A stretch of DNA of 64,000 nt from an uncultured delta proteobacterium (GCA_963755715.1 CAVWLW010000059.1:32001-96000), one strand, 5' to 3'; shown: positions 50,845 through 61,287, counted from the first letter of the stretch. Notes: generated by a model not told the origin, from the sequence alone. Program-made: numbers and translations.

Positions 50845-51870
50845 ATGATTCTAATTCTCGTCTTGTTGCTTGCTTTCGGGTGGAGCTCGCGTCTATTCGC
50901 CCAAGCAAATTTCTACCAGGGCAAAACCATCACCATCGTCGTCGGCACCAAAGCCGGCGATGTTTACGATCTCTACCCGCGCCTGCTGTCGGAGTTTTGG
51001 CCGAAGCACTTTCCCGGCAGCCCGAACATCATCGTTCAAAACGTCCCCGGCGCGGGTTCGTTGATCGCCGCCAACCAGGTTTACAACGTCGCCAAGCCGG
51101 ACGGATTGACGCTCGGCGCCATTTATCCCGCGCTCTATTTCAACCAATTAATCAAGAAATCGGAAGTCAAATACGATTGGGCGAAGTTCAACTGGATCGG
51201 CAGCACGGTGACGTCGAACCAGCTTTTGTACATGCGCGCCGATACGCCGTACAAATCCATCGAAGAGGTGCGCAAAGCGAGCACCGCGCCGAAATGCGGC
51301 GCCACCGACATCAGCTCCGCGGGTTACTACATTCCCAAGATCATCGATGAAACTCTCGGGACCAAATTCGAAATCGTCTCTGGTTATCCGTCAGGTCAGG
51401 ATATCGATCTCGCGGTGGAGCGCGGCGAGCTTCAGTGCCGGGCGTTTACGATCACCGCTTATTTCGCGCGCGAGCCGTTTATCTCATGGCGCAAGCGGAA
51501 CTTCACCAGCGTCTTGATCCAGACCGGCAACAAGCGCGACGGCCGAATCAAAGACTCGCCGACGATCTACGAGTTGATGGACAAGTACAAAACCAACGAC
51601 AACGGCAGGCGGCTCGCCAAAGTCATCCTGGCAGCGGGAGACTTCGGTCGTCCGATCGTCGCCGCACCCGGCGTGCCGGCGGAACGCATGAAGATCTTGC
51701 GCGACTCTTTCGACAAGACCATCGCCGATCCCGCGTTCCTTGCGGAAGCCGAAAAGCGCCGGCTGGAAATCGATCATACAAGATGGGACGAGATGGAATC
51801 CCTGGCGAAGGACGTCATGGCGACGCCGCCGGAGATCGTCGCGCGCATGCGCAAGCTATTGGGTGAATAA
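50845..51870 (+). CDS. tctC: TctC/Bug substrate-binding protein, array copy 5
   Basis: 'GTKAGDVYDLYPR', close paralog of copy 4. Confidence 0.9.
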   Translation: MILILVLLLAFGWSSRLFAQANFYQGKTITIVVGTKAGDVYDLYPRLLSEFWPKHFPGSPNIIVQNVPGAGSLIAANQVYNVAKPDGLTLGAIYPALYFNQLIKKSEVKYDWAKFNWIGSTVTSNQLLYMRADTPYKSIEEVRKASTAPKCGATDISSAGYYIPKIIDETLGTKFEIVSGYPSGQDIDLAVERGELQCRAFTITAYFAREPFISWRKRNFTSVLIQTGNKRDGRIKDSPTIYELMDKYKTNDNGRRLAKVILAAGDFGRPIVAAPGVPAERMKILRDSFDKTIADPAFLAEAEKRRLEIDHTRWDEMESLAKDVMATPPEIVARMRKLLGE

Positions 51871-51909
51871 CAAACGCAAGCTACAAATCGCTCTAAAGAA
51901 GGAGACACC

Positions 51910-52939
51910 ATGGTGACAAGATTTTTGTTCGGACTGTTGGTTCTGTTTTGGTCTTCTACGCTCCACGCTCAAGCGCCTTTTTACCAAGGCAAGACGATCC
52001 AGATCATCGTCGGCACCAAGGCCGGGCGATGTCTATGATCTTTATCCGCGGCTCGTCGCTGAGTTTATGCCAAAGTATATTCCGGGAAATCCAAATATTA
52101 TTATTCAGAATGTCGCCGGAGCCGCCGGACTGATCGCCACCAATCAAGTTTACAACATTGCCAAGCCCGATGGCCTGACCCTAGGCGCGATTTATCCGGC
52201 GCTTTATTTCGAACAGCTCGCCAAACGTCCGGAAGCCAAGTTCGAGTGGAACAAGTTCAATTGGATCGGCAGCACAGTGAGCTCGAACAGCTTGATGTAC
52301 ATGCGGTCCGACACGCCTTATAAAACCATCGAGGATATTCGCACCGCTTCGACGCCGCCAAAGTGCGGCGCCACCGGTGTCACATCGACCGCCTATTACA
52401 TGCCCAAACTCCTGGAAGACGCCGTCGGCGCCAAGTTCGATGTCGTGCCGGGTTATGTAGCGGGCCAGGACATCGACTTAGCCGTCGAGCGCGGCGAGGT
52501 CATGTGCCGGGCGTTCACCGTTAACGCCTTTTTCGCTCGCGAGCCATTTATCACGTGGCGCAAGAAAAACTTCGTTCGCGTCCTGTATCAGACCGGGTCG
52601 AAAAGGGATGCGAGGATCAAAGACGTTCCGTTATTTAACGAGTTGATGGACAAATACAAGACGACGGAAAATGTACGACGGTTGGTGAAAGTCGTCGTCG
52701 CCGCCGATGAGTTCGGCCGTCCCATCGTCATGCCGCCAGGGGTTCCGGCCGACCGCGTCAAGATCATCCGCGATGCGTTCAATAAGGCAATCAATGACCC
52801 AGCCCTGCTGGCGGAAGCCGAGAAGCGTCGCCTCGACATCGACCCAGCCACCGGTGAGGAACTCGACTCTTTGGCGAAAGAGGTCATGACCGCGACGCCC
52901 GACGTCGTTGAAAAAGTAAAAAAGCTCATCGGCATGTGA
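51910..52939 (+). CDS. tctC: TctC/Bug substrate-binding protein, array copy 6, frameshifted near 52025
   Basis: ATG 51910 after GGAG gives a signal peptide plus 'FYQGKTIQIIVGTKAG'; an extra G in gccgggcgat breaks the frame. Confidence 0.85.
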
Positions 52940-52968
52940 GCCGGATCATTGCGAACGGAAAATTTCCT

Positions 52969-54027
52969 ATGTTGAGGAAACTTGAAAGAGCGAAGTTCAC
53001 CGCTTCGCTCTTTTTTTTCATCGTGATCTACTTGAGCGCGACCGCCCACGTCGACGCGCAAAGCAACTTTTACCAAGGCAAGACGATCAGGATCGTGATC
53101 GGCTCTTCCACCGGTGGCGGCTACGATCTGTGGGCGCGGGTCTTGGCCCGGCACTACGGCAAGTACATTCCGGGCAACCCGACGATCCTGGTGCAAAACA
53201 TGCCGGGCGCTGCGTCGATCGTCGCGACCAACTATCTCTCCAACGTCGCCAAACCGGACGGGCTCACCCTCGGCGCCATCCTGCCGGCGATTTATTTCGA
53301 TCAACTGGTCGGCCGGCCGGAAGTCAAATTCGATTTCGCCAAGATCGCCTGGATCGGCTCGCCGGAACAGAACGACATCATTCACTACATGCGCGCCGAT
53401 TCGCCCTATCGAAGCATCGACGATATCCGCAAGGCCAAGGAGCCGCCCCGCTGCGGTAGTTCTGGCACGGGCACGACTGGATTTTACATCCCGCGTCTCC
53501 TCGATGAGGTGTTGGGCACCAAACACACCATTGTCAGCGGCTACCCCGGCGGCTCGGAGATCGATTTGGCGGTCGAGCGCGGCGAAGTTCATTGTTGGTC
53601 GCCCTTGGTGGCGACTTTTTTCGGCCGGGAGCCGTATATTTCCTGGCAAAAAAAAGGCTTTGTCCGCGTACTCCTCCAGACCAACCGCAAACGCGATTCG
53701 CGTTTAGCGGACGTGCCAACCATCTACGAGCTGATGGATCAATACAAAACACCGGAAGCGGGCAAGCGCCTTACGCGTGTAATCTTAGTCGCCGCGACCC
53801 TCGGCCGCCCCATCGCCGTCACCCCTGGAATACCGCCGGACCGGCTCAAGCTTCTTCGCGAAGCTTATCTCAAGACGCTGAAAGACCCGGAGCTGGTCGC
53901 TGAAACCAAAAGGCAGCGGTGGGATATCGATCCGCTGACCGGCGAGGAGATGGAACAACTTGCCAAGGAAGTCATCGCGCAACCGAAGGAAGTCATCGAA
54001 CGGATGAAATGGGTGCTCGGGAATTAA
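52969..54027 (+). CDS. tctC: TctC/Bug substrate-binding protein, array copy 7
   Basis: 'GGGYDLWAR', 'CWSPL', C-terminal 'ERMKWVLGN'. Confidence 0.9.
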   Translation: MLRKLERAKFTASLFFFIVIYLSATAHVDAQSNFYQGKTIRIVIGSSTGGGYDLWARVLARHYGKYIPGNPTILVQNMPGAASIVATNYLSNVAKPDGLTLGAILPAIYFDQLVGRPEVKFDFAKIAWIGSPEQNDIIHYMRADSPYRSIDDIRKAKEPPRCGSSGTGTTGFYIPRLLDEVLGTKHTIVSGYPGGSEIDLAVERGEVHCWSPLVATFFGREPYISWQKKGFVRVLLQTNRKRDSRLADVPTIYELMDQYKTPEAGKRLTRVILVAATLGRPIAVTPGIPPDRLKLLREAYLKTLKDPELVAETKRQRWDIDPLTGEEMEQLAKEVIAQPKEVIERMKWVLGN

Positions 54028-54029
54028 CT

Positions 54030-55112
54030 ATGAAAACTCAGTTGAGAAGTTCAAAAGTTCAAGGGTTCAATGTTCTCGGACTCATCTTGGCTCTAATCCT
54101 TGAACTTTTTAACCCATTGAACCTTGAGCGGGCGTCTGCCCAGACGCCCTTCTATCAGGGCAAAACCATCACCATGGTCGTCGCTTCCACCGTCGGGGGC
54201 GGCTACGATCTCTGGGCGCGGCTCACGGCGCGTCACATCGTCAAGTATATTCCAGGGCACCCATCGATCGTCGTGCAAAACATGCCGGGAGCCGGGAACA
54301 TCATCGGCGCCAACTATGTGTACGGCGTCGCCAAGCCCGATGGCTTGACCCTCGGCGCCGTCAATCCCGCGCTTTATTTCGATCAACTGGTGGGCCGATC
54401 CGAAGTGAAATTCGACTGGGGTAAATTCAACTGGATCGGCTCGCCGGAAAAAAACGACGTCGTCTACTACATGCGCGCCGACACCCCTTTCAAGACCATC
54501 GAAGATCTGCGCAACGCCAAGGAACCAGCCAAATGCGGCAGCACCGGCACCGGCTCCACCGGCCACTATATTCCGCGGCTGCTCGAAGAAACGCTCGGCA
54601 TCAAAACCCAGATCGTCAGCGGCTACCCCGGCGCCCCCGATATCGAATTGGCCATCGAGCGCGGCGAAGTCTTTTGCTGGTCGCCGCTGCTCGCGACCTA
54701 TTTTGGCCGCGAACCTTATCGGCGTTGGCACAAGTCCGGCTACGTGCGCGTCCTGATGCAAACCGGGGCGAAGCGCGACCCGCGCCTGAAGGACACGCCA
54801 ACGCTGAACGAGCTCATGCAACAATATAAAACTTCCGAGGCGGGTCACCGACTGGCAAAAGTAATTTTAACGGCCGCCACCCTCGGGCGGCCCATCGGCG
54901 CCGCGCCGGGCACGCCCGCCGACCGCGTGAAGATTTTGCGCGATGCCTATGCCAAAGCCATCGCCGATCCGGAATTGCTCGCTGACGCCGCTAAACAGGG
55001 ATGGGAAGTCGATCCAACCAAAGGCGAAGAGCTGCAAAAGTTATCAAAGGAAGTCATCACCCAGCCGCGCGAGATCATCGAGCGCATGAAGTGGGTGCTC
55101 GGGCGGGAATAA
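54030..55112 (+). CDS. tctC: TctC/Bug substrate-binding protein, array copy 8 (repeat-derived leader)
   Basis: MKTQLRSSKVQGFNVLGLILALILELFNPLNLERASAQ leader, then 'FYQGKTI'. Confidence 0.9.
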   Translation: MKTQLRSSKVQGFNVLGLILALILELFNPLNLERASAQTPFYQGKTITMVVASTVGGGYDLWARLTARHIVKYIPGHPSIVVQNMPGAGNIIGANYVYGVAKPDGLTLGAVNPALYFDQLVGRSEVKFDWGKFNWIGSPEKNDVVYYMRADTPFKTIEDLRNAKEPAKCGSTGTGSTGHYIPRLLEETLGIKTQIVSGYPGAPDIELAIERGEVFCWSPLLATYFGREPYRRWHKSGYVRVLMQTGAKRDPRLKDTPTLNELMQQYKTSEAGHRLAKVILTAATLGRPIGAAPGTPADRVKILRDAYAKAIADPELLADAAKQGWEVDPTKGEELQKLSKEVITQPREIIERMKWVLGRE

Positions 55113-55115
55113 AAA

Positions 55116-56194
55116 ATGCCAAGCCGTTCAAGAGTTCAAAAGTTCAAGGGTTCAAGGTTCTCGGACTCTTCTCCGTTCTGACCCTTGAACTCTTGAACCC
55201 TTTGAACCTTGAACCGGTATTCGCGCAAGCGAATTTCTATCAAGGTAAAACCGTTAAAGTCATTGTCGGTTCGGCGCCAGGCGGCGGCTACGATCAATGG
55301 GCGCGCCTGATGGCGCAGCACATCGGCAAACATCTTCCCGGCCACCCGACGGTGATCGTGCAAAATATGCCGGGTGCGGGCGGCGTAATCGCGGCGAATT
55401 TTGTCTACGGTCTCGCCCAGCCCGATGGCTTGACTATGGGCGCTTTCAATCCCGCGGCCTACTTCGAACAGCTCGTCGGCCGCCCGGAAATCAAATTCGA
55501 TTGGAGCAAATTTACCTGGATCGGCTCGCCGGAGAAAAATGACGTCGTCCATTTCATACGCGCCGACTCGCCGTTTAAATCGATCGACGATCTGCGCAAC
55601 GCCAAGGATCCGCCCAAATGCGGCAGCACCGGCCCCGGCACCACGGCTCATTATTTTCCCCGTCTGCTCGAGGACACGCTCGGCATCAAGACGACCGTTG
55701 TCACCGGTTATCAAGGCGGCTCCGAAATTGACCTCGCCATCGAGAGAAACGAAGTGATCTGCTGGTCGCCGCTGAGCGGAACCTACTTCGGACGCGAGCC
55801 CTACAAACGCTGGCACAAGTCCGGATTCATCCGCGCCGTCGTCCAAACCGGCGCAAAACGCGATGAGCGGTTGAAGGACACGCCGACGCTAACGGAATTG
55901 ATGCAGCAGTATAAGACGCCCGAAGCGGGCCGCCGTTTGGCAAAAGTAGTCCTAACAGCGACGACTCTCGGCCGGCCCGTCGCCGCCCCGCCGCGCTTGT
56001 CGGGCGAGCGCACGAAAATTCTGCGCGATGCCTACGCCAAGACCATGAACGACCCGGAACTTCTAGCTGAGGCGGCTAAACGCGGCTGGGATGTCGATCC
56101 GCTCACTGGCGCCGAACTAGAGTCCCTCGCGAAAGATGTCATCGCCCAACCGAAAGAAGTGATCGAGCGGATGAAGTGGGTGCTCGGGAATTGA
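55116..56194 (+). CDS. tctC: TctC/Bug substrate-binding protein, array copy 9 (repeat-derived leader; ATG out of frame by one base)
   Basis: 'FKSSKVQGFKVLGLFSVLTLELLNPLNLEPVFAQ' then 'NFYQGKTV'. Confidence 0.85.
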
Positions 56195-56259
56195 CCGCAT
56201 TCCGAACTTTCGCTCGAATGATCTTTGACCTCTAACCTGCCAACAAAGTGAGGTGCTCC

Positions 56260-57366
56260 GTGAAGCATGATTTTCATAATGCGCTCCTCTCCCGCTTCAC
56301 AAGTTCTAAGGTTTTAAAGTTCAAGGTCCTCTCGCTAATCACATTGCTAATTTTTGAACTTTTGAACGCCTGGAACCTTGAACCATTATTCGCGCAAGGG
56401 AATTACTACCAAGGCAAAACCATCCGCGTCATCGTCGGTTATCAAGCCGGCGACTCTCACGATCAGTGGGCGCGCACCTACACCCGCTACCTGGGCAAGT
56501 ATATTCCCGGTAATCCGAACTTTCTCGTGCAGAACATGCCCGGTGCCGGCGGCATGATTGCCGCCAACTACATTTACAACATCGCCAAGCAAGACGGACT
56601 GACCATGGGCACCATTGGCGGGGCGTTGTACTTCGCCCAACTGATCGGCCGCAGCGAGGTGAAATACGATTGGAATAAATTTACCTGGATCGGCACGCCG
56701 GAGCGCAGCGGTTTTCTGCTCTTCATGCGCACGGATGCGCCGTATAAAACTCTGGACGATATCCGCAATGCCAGTGAGCCGCCGCGTTGTTCGGCGACCG
56801 GCGTTGGCAGCAGCGGATACGATATTCCGCGCGTGCTCGAAGACACTCTCGGTTTGCGCTTCAAAGTGATCAGCGGTTACCCGGGCGGCGCCGATCAAGA
56901 CCTCGCCATGGAACGGGGCGAAGTGCACTGCCGCGCTTTTACCATCGACGCCTTTTTCGGACGCGAGCCGTTTCCGACCTGGGTGAAGAAGGGTTTTGTC
57001 CGGGTCGTGATGCAGATGGAACGCAAGCGCCATCCCAAACTCGCGGATGTGCCAACTATTTGGGAATTGATGGATCAATACAAAGTGCCGGAATCCAAAC
57101 GGCGGCTTGCCACCGTCTATCTCAACAGCGGGCTGTTTGGTTCGCGTCCGATCGTTTCAACGCCGGGTCTTTCAGCGGAACAGGCGAAGATCCTACGCGA
57201 CGCCTATGTAAAGACGCTCAAAGATCCGGAGTTCTTGGACGAGATCGCCAAGCGGGGTTGGACCGTGGACCCGGTGAGCGGCGAAGACTTACAAACGTTG
57301 GCCAAAGAAGTCACCAGCCAACCGCCGGAAGTTGTCGAATGGCTAAAGAAACTATTAGCGAAATGA
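56260..57366 (+). CDS. tctC: TctC/Bug substrate-binding protein, array copy 10 (repeat-derived leader)
   Basis: GTG start after GAGGTG; 'SSKVLKFKVLSLITLLIFELLNAWNLEPLFAQ', 'YYQGKTI'. Confidence 0.88.
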   Translation: MKHDFHNALLSRFTSSKVLKFKVLSLITLLIFELLNAWNLEPLFAQGNYYQGKTIRVIVGYQAGDSHDQWARTYTRYLGKYIPGNPNFLVQNMPGAGGMIAANYIYNIAKQDGLTMGTIGGALYFAQLIGRSEVKYDWNKFTWIGTPERSGFLLFMRTDAPYKTLDDIRNASEPPRCSATGVGSSGYDIPRVLEDTLGLRFKVISGYPGGADQDLAMERGEVHCRAFTIDAFFGREPFPTWVKKGFVRVVMQMERKRHPKLADVPTIWELMDQYKVPESKRRLATVYLNSGLFGSRPIVSTPGLSAEQAKILRDAYVKTLKDPEFLDEIAKRGWTVDPVSGEDLQTLAKEVTSQPPEVVEWLKKLLAK

Positions 57367-57388
57367 TCAGGCAAAAGTGAGAGCTGTC

Positions 57389-57729
57389 ATGGCACAACGA
57401 TCGCGATTGGCGTGGTTAGGCTCGTTCAAATGTTCAAGCGTTCAAGATGCTCGCGCTATCCGTCTTATTTCTTCTTGAACTTTTGAACCCGTCGAACCTT
57501 GAACGGTTATTCGCGCAGTACCACACCGGGCTTGCCGGCTGAGCGAATCAAACTGCTGCGCGAGGCGCATTGGCGGATGTTCACAGATCCGGAATGTCAG
57601 GAGGACATTTTTCTAAAAAGGCTGGAATGCGCGGCCAGTCAACAGCGAGGATTCGGCGGTACTGGAAAAGAAGTCGTCAATCAATCGCCGGAGATCGCTG
57701 CGGAACTGAAACGAAATTCGCGTCAATAA
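57389..57729 (+). pseudogene. Internally deleted tctC remnant, copy 11
   Basis: Leader 'FKMLALSVLFLLELLNPSNLERLFAQ' joined directly to the C-terminal 'TPGLPAERIKLLREA...KEVVNQSPE'. Confidence 0.75.
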
Positions 57730-57846
57730 AATACCTCAACAGGCTCAGCTGGAAATTCGAAATTCGCTGGGAATCCGTTTGACCGCAATTACAATCTGCG
57801 GTAATGAGCAGATTCCCAGATTTGAACGAGAGCAGAGGAGACACGA

Positions 57847-59364
57847 ATGTCGGAAGCGTCCTATATGCTCAATGCATTCATAAGCGGGTTTTGGCAAACC
57901 GTCGCGTGGCCCGCATTCGGCTACATGCTATTGGGCATCATCATCGGATTCTGGGTCGGCTTACTTCCGGGAATCGGCGGCCTTTCCACCCTGGCGCTCA
58001 TGTTGCCATTTTCCTACTCCATCAAAGAGCCTATCTCTGCGTTCGCGTTTCTCCTCGGCATGCTCGCCGTTACCGGAACCACAGGCGATCTCACATCCAT
58101 TCTTTTCGGAATTCCCGGCGAGGGATCTTCGGCCGCCCTCATTCTAGACGGGTATCCCATGTCTAAAAACGGTGAGGCCGGTCGGGCCCTCGGCGCTGCG
58201 ATTATGAGCTCTCTCGTCGGCTCGGTGATAGGGGCTCTTTCTCTCGCCGTGTCCATCCCGATCGTGCGCCCGCTCGTTTTACTCTTCGGCTCGCCGGAAT
58301 TATTCATCATAGCGATCATGGGCATCACGTTCATCGGTACTCTTGCCGGCCCGTCACTCATAAAGGGATTACTCGCGGGCGGTATTGGATTGATGCTCGC
58401 AGCGATCGGCGTCGATCCGCAAACCGGATCATTGCGCTACACATTCGGGAGCCTTTACCTGTGGGATCGTCTGGATCTCATACCGGTCGTCGTCGGCATG
58501 TTCGCGATACCGGAAATCGTCGATCTAGCCGTCAGAGGCACCAGCATCGCCAGCGGCAAACAGGAGAAACTCTCTGGCGTCCTAGAAGGCTGCAAGGATA
58601 CTTTTCGACACTGGTGGCTCGTCGTACGTTGCAGCCTGATCGGCGTCTACTTCGGTATTTTACCGGTGTTAGGCGCGAACGTTGCCCAGTGGATCTCTTA
58701 TGCGCACGCCGTACAGGGACTGAAGGACAAATCCCGCGCGGGTAAAGGCGCAGTGGAAGGCGTGTTAGGCCCCGGCTGCGCCAACAACGCAACACGCGGC
58801 GGAGATCTCATTCCAACTCTTGCCTTCGGTATCCCTGGCAGCGGCAGCATGGCATTACTCCTCGGCGCCATGTTGATCGTCGGACTGAACCCTGGTCCGG
58901 AAATGCTTAAATCGCGGCTCGACGTGACCTTCTCAATGGTGTGGGTGCTGATTCTATCAAACATCATCGTCGCTGGCCTTTGTTTTCTGATATTGAATCA
59001 TCTGGCCGCTCTGACTTTTGTCCGTGGCACCTTGTTGATTCCGTTTCTCCTTTTTCTCGTGTTCATCGGATCGTTTACAGCCAACAACGATCTCGCCGAC
59101 ATCGTTGTCACGCTGCTTTTCGGCTTTATCGGTTACTTCATGATCAAGTTCGGATGGCCCAGGCCGCCGCTAGTCCTCGGTCTCACTCTCGGGAAGATCG
59201 CCGAGAATTACTTGTGGATCTCGACCGCGGCCTATGGCGCGAAGTGGCTCCTCTTCCCGACGGTGTTAGGACTCATCGCAGTGACAATCTTCACCATCGC
59301 GTTTCCCACGATCAAAGAACGGATGGGCAAAGCGAAGTACGAACGTCCGGAAGACGCGATGTAA
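57847..59364 (+). CDS. tctA: Tripartite tricarboxylate transporter permease TctA
   Basis: 505 aa polytopic protein; 'VGLLPGIGG', 'SILFGIPG', 'LDGYPMSKNGEAGRALG', 'IPTLAFGIPGS'. Confidence 0.93.
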   Translation: MSEASYMLNAFISGFWQTVAWPAFGYMLLGIIIGFWVGLLPGIGGLSTLALMLPFSYSIKEPISAFAFLLGMLAVTGTTGDLTSILFGIPGEGSSAALILDGYPMSKNGEAGRALGAAIMSSLVGSVIGALSLAVSIPIVRPLVLLFGSPELFIIAIMGITFIGTLAGPSLIKGLLAGGIGLMLAAIGVDPQTGSLRYTFGSLYLWDRLDLIPVVVGMFAIPEIVDLAVRGTSIASGKQEKLSGVLEGCKDTFRHWWLVVRCSLIGVYFGILPVLGANVAQWISYAHAVQGLKDKSRAGKGAVEGVLGPGCANNATRGGDLIPTLAFGIPGSGSMALLLGAMLIVGLNPGPEMLKSRLDVTFSMVWVLILSNIIVAGLCFLILNHLAALTFVRGTLLIPFLLFLVFIGSFTANNDLADIVVTLLFGFIGYFMIKFGWPRPPLVLGLTLGKIAENYLWISTAAYGAKWLLFPTVLGLIAVTIFTIAFPTIKERMGKAKYERPEDAM

Positions 59365-59619
59365 TCGCCGCACGGTCTCGCTGCCGGGTTTCACCTCTCG
59401 CGTCTGGCGTATTAAGAACTCTAGGGTAAACTGCGCAGCGCTTCTAGAATTCTTGCCGAGTCAATTACTTGCTCATTGCTCACCGCTGACGGTTTGCCTC
59501 GGCGTTAATAACCAGACCTTCAAACGCAAAACCTGAAACTCAGTCGTCAAGAGTTGACAGCCCCTCACTTTCGGTGGGATAAGCAATTAAGTTTGAGGTC
59601 CAAGGGAGGAAATCCAATT

Positions 59620-61287
59620 ATGGCCCACGATCTAGTGATCAAGAACGGCACCGTGGTGGACGGCACGGGCAGCGCCGGGTTTGCCGCGGACGTAGCCGTC
59701 GATGGCGATAAGATTTCGGCGATCGGAAAAAATTTAGGCTCGGGAAAAAAAGAAATCGACGCCAAGGGACATGTGGTCGCGCCGGGATTTATCGACTCGC
59801 ACACGCACATGGACGCCTTCGTTGTGCAGTATCCGAACGGCAACCCCGTGGTCAACTATGGCGTGACGAGCATCGTCATCGGCGATTGTGGCGCTTCATG
59901 CGCACCGGTGCCGCCGAAACCCGAGCCGCGCCAGGTTCTCGTGCAATATCTGCGGCGCGTCTTGGATAAATACGTCGACGATAAAGATTGGCGATGGAAC
60001 ACCTTCGGCGAATATCTGAACTATCTCGAAGGCAAAGTCGCCATCAACTGTCTGCCGCTGATGCCTCACTCGCCGGTTCGGTTGACGGTCATGGGTGAAG
60101 CCGCCTACAGCCGCGAAGCGACACCCGAAGAGCTCGACACCATGAAAAAAATGGTGCGCGAGGGCATGGAGCTCGGCGCCATCGGATTTTCCACCAGCCC
60201 GCGCGGCGGACCGGCGATCCATGCCGGCACGCCGAGCACGTTCGCCACGCACCAGGAAATCGTCGAGCTTGCCAACGTCACCGACGAATACAACGGCTGT
60301 TTCCAGTTTAACGGCTTTCAGATGCTGCTGCAGCCGGAATCCGGCGTGCCGGAGATGCTGACGAAAATCCACGGTCTGCAGATCGGCAACGAGTTTCGTG
60401 TTCGCCCCGGCGCGAAGGCCGCGGGGATGAAGTCGATCCAATATATGGAAGAGGCGCAGCAACGCGGTCAGGATATTCACGGAGTCGTGATTCCCTATCA
60501 ACATATCCGCCGCTTCGATTTCGACGACTGCTTTCTCTTCAACGGCCTGCCGACTTGGGAAGCGATCAAGAACTCCAGCGACATCAAGACCAAGCTCAAA
60601 GACAAGGAGATCCGCCGAAAAATCGAACAAGAACGTATCGCCTGCGAAGGCAAACTGGAATTTCCCGAGTGGCATGGTTGGGACCGCGTCATGTTCGAGC
60701 ATCTGGAAAAACCGGATTTGAAAAAACTCGAACAGAAAAACGTCGAAGAGATCGCCCGCCTCACGGAAAAAGCCCCGGTGGATGCCTTCTTCGACACCTG
60801 GTTGGAAGACAATTTAAGCTCGCGCATCTGCTATCATGGCTTAGCCAACGCTCACCCGGAGTTGCTCGCCGAAATGATCAAATCCAACACGAGTCTGATC
60901 GGCACCGACGTGGGCGCGCACCTGGATCGTTTCTTCTGGCATGGCGCGCCGACCAAAATCCTCGGTTACTGGCGCCGCGAAAAGAATCTGTTCAACCTCG
61001 AGGAAGCGGTGCATAAGCTCACTGGCTTTCCAGCGAAAAGATTGCGCCTCAACCGCGGCGTTTTGAAAGAAGGAATGCCGGCCGATATCACCGTGTTCGA
61101 CGCCGATAAGATCGACGATCTCGTCAGCAAAAAATTACCCGACATGGTCGACGCCCAAGAAGTGCGCCGCCATCCGCCGGGCATGAAAGCCGTCGTCGTC
61201 AACGGCGCGACGGTCGTCGAAGGCGGTCAGTGCAATGACGTCTTCCCAGGCAAAGTGCGCCGCCAGCAATTGTGCCTGCCGAATTGA
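59620..61287 (+). CDS. N-acyl-D-amino-acid deacylase family amidohydrolase
   Basis: 'DLVIKNGTVVDGTG', 'APGFIDSHTHMD', 'LEEAVHKLTG', 'ADITVFD'; GGAGG RBS. Confidence 0.88.
   Translation: MAHDLVIKNGTVVDGTGSAGFAADVAVDGDKISAIGKNLGSGKKEIDAKGHVVAPGFIDSHTHMDAFVVQYPNGNPVVNYGVTSIVIGDCGASCAPVPPKPEPRQVLVQYLRRVLDKYVDDKDWRWNTFGEYLNYLEGKVAINCLPLMPHSPVRLTVMGEAAYSREATPEELDTMKKMVREGMELGAIGFSTSPRGGPAIHAGTPSTFATHQEIVELANVTDEYNGCFQFNGFQMLLQPESGVPEMLTKIHGLQIGNEFRVRPGAKAAGMKSIQYMEEAQQRGQDIHGVVIPYQHIRRFDFDDCFLFNGLPTWEAIKNSSDIKTKLKDKEIRRKIEQERIACEGKLEFPEWHGWDRVMFEHLEKPDLKKLEQKNVEEIARLTEKAPVDAFFDTWLEDNLSSRICYHGLANAHPELLAEMIKSNTSLIGTDVGAHLDRFFWHGAPTKILGYWRREKNLFNLEEAVHKLTGFPAKRLRLNRGVLKEGMPADITVFDADKIDDLVSKKLPDMVDAQEVRRHPPGMKAVVVNGATVVEGGQCNDVFPGKVRRQQLCLPN

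Noticed and set aside
46227-57366. tctC array as a diversity-generating retroelement or invertible shufflon
   Set aside because: No reverse transcriptase or recombinase, no adenine-specific TR/VR pair, and all copies are co-oriented and diverged along their full length.
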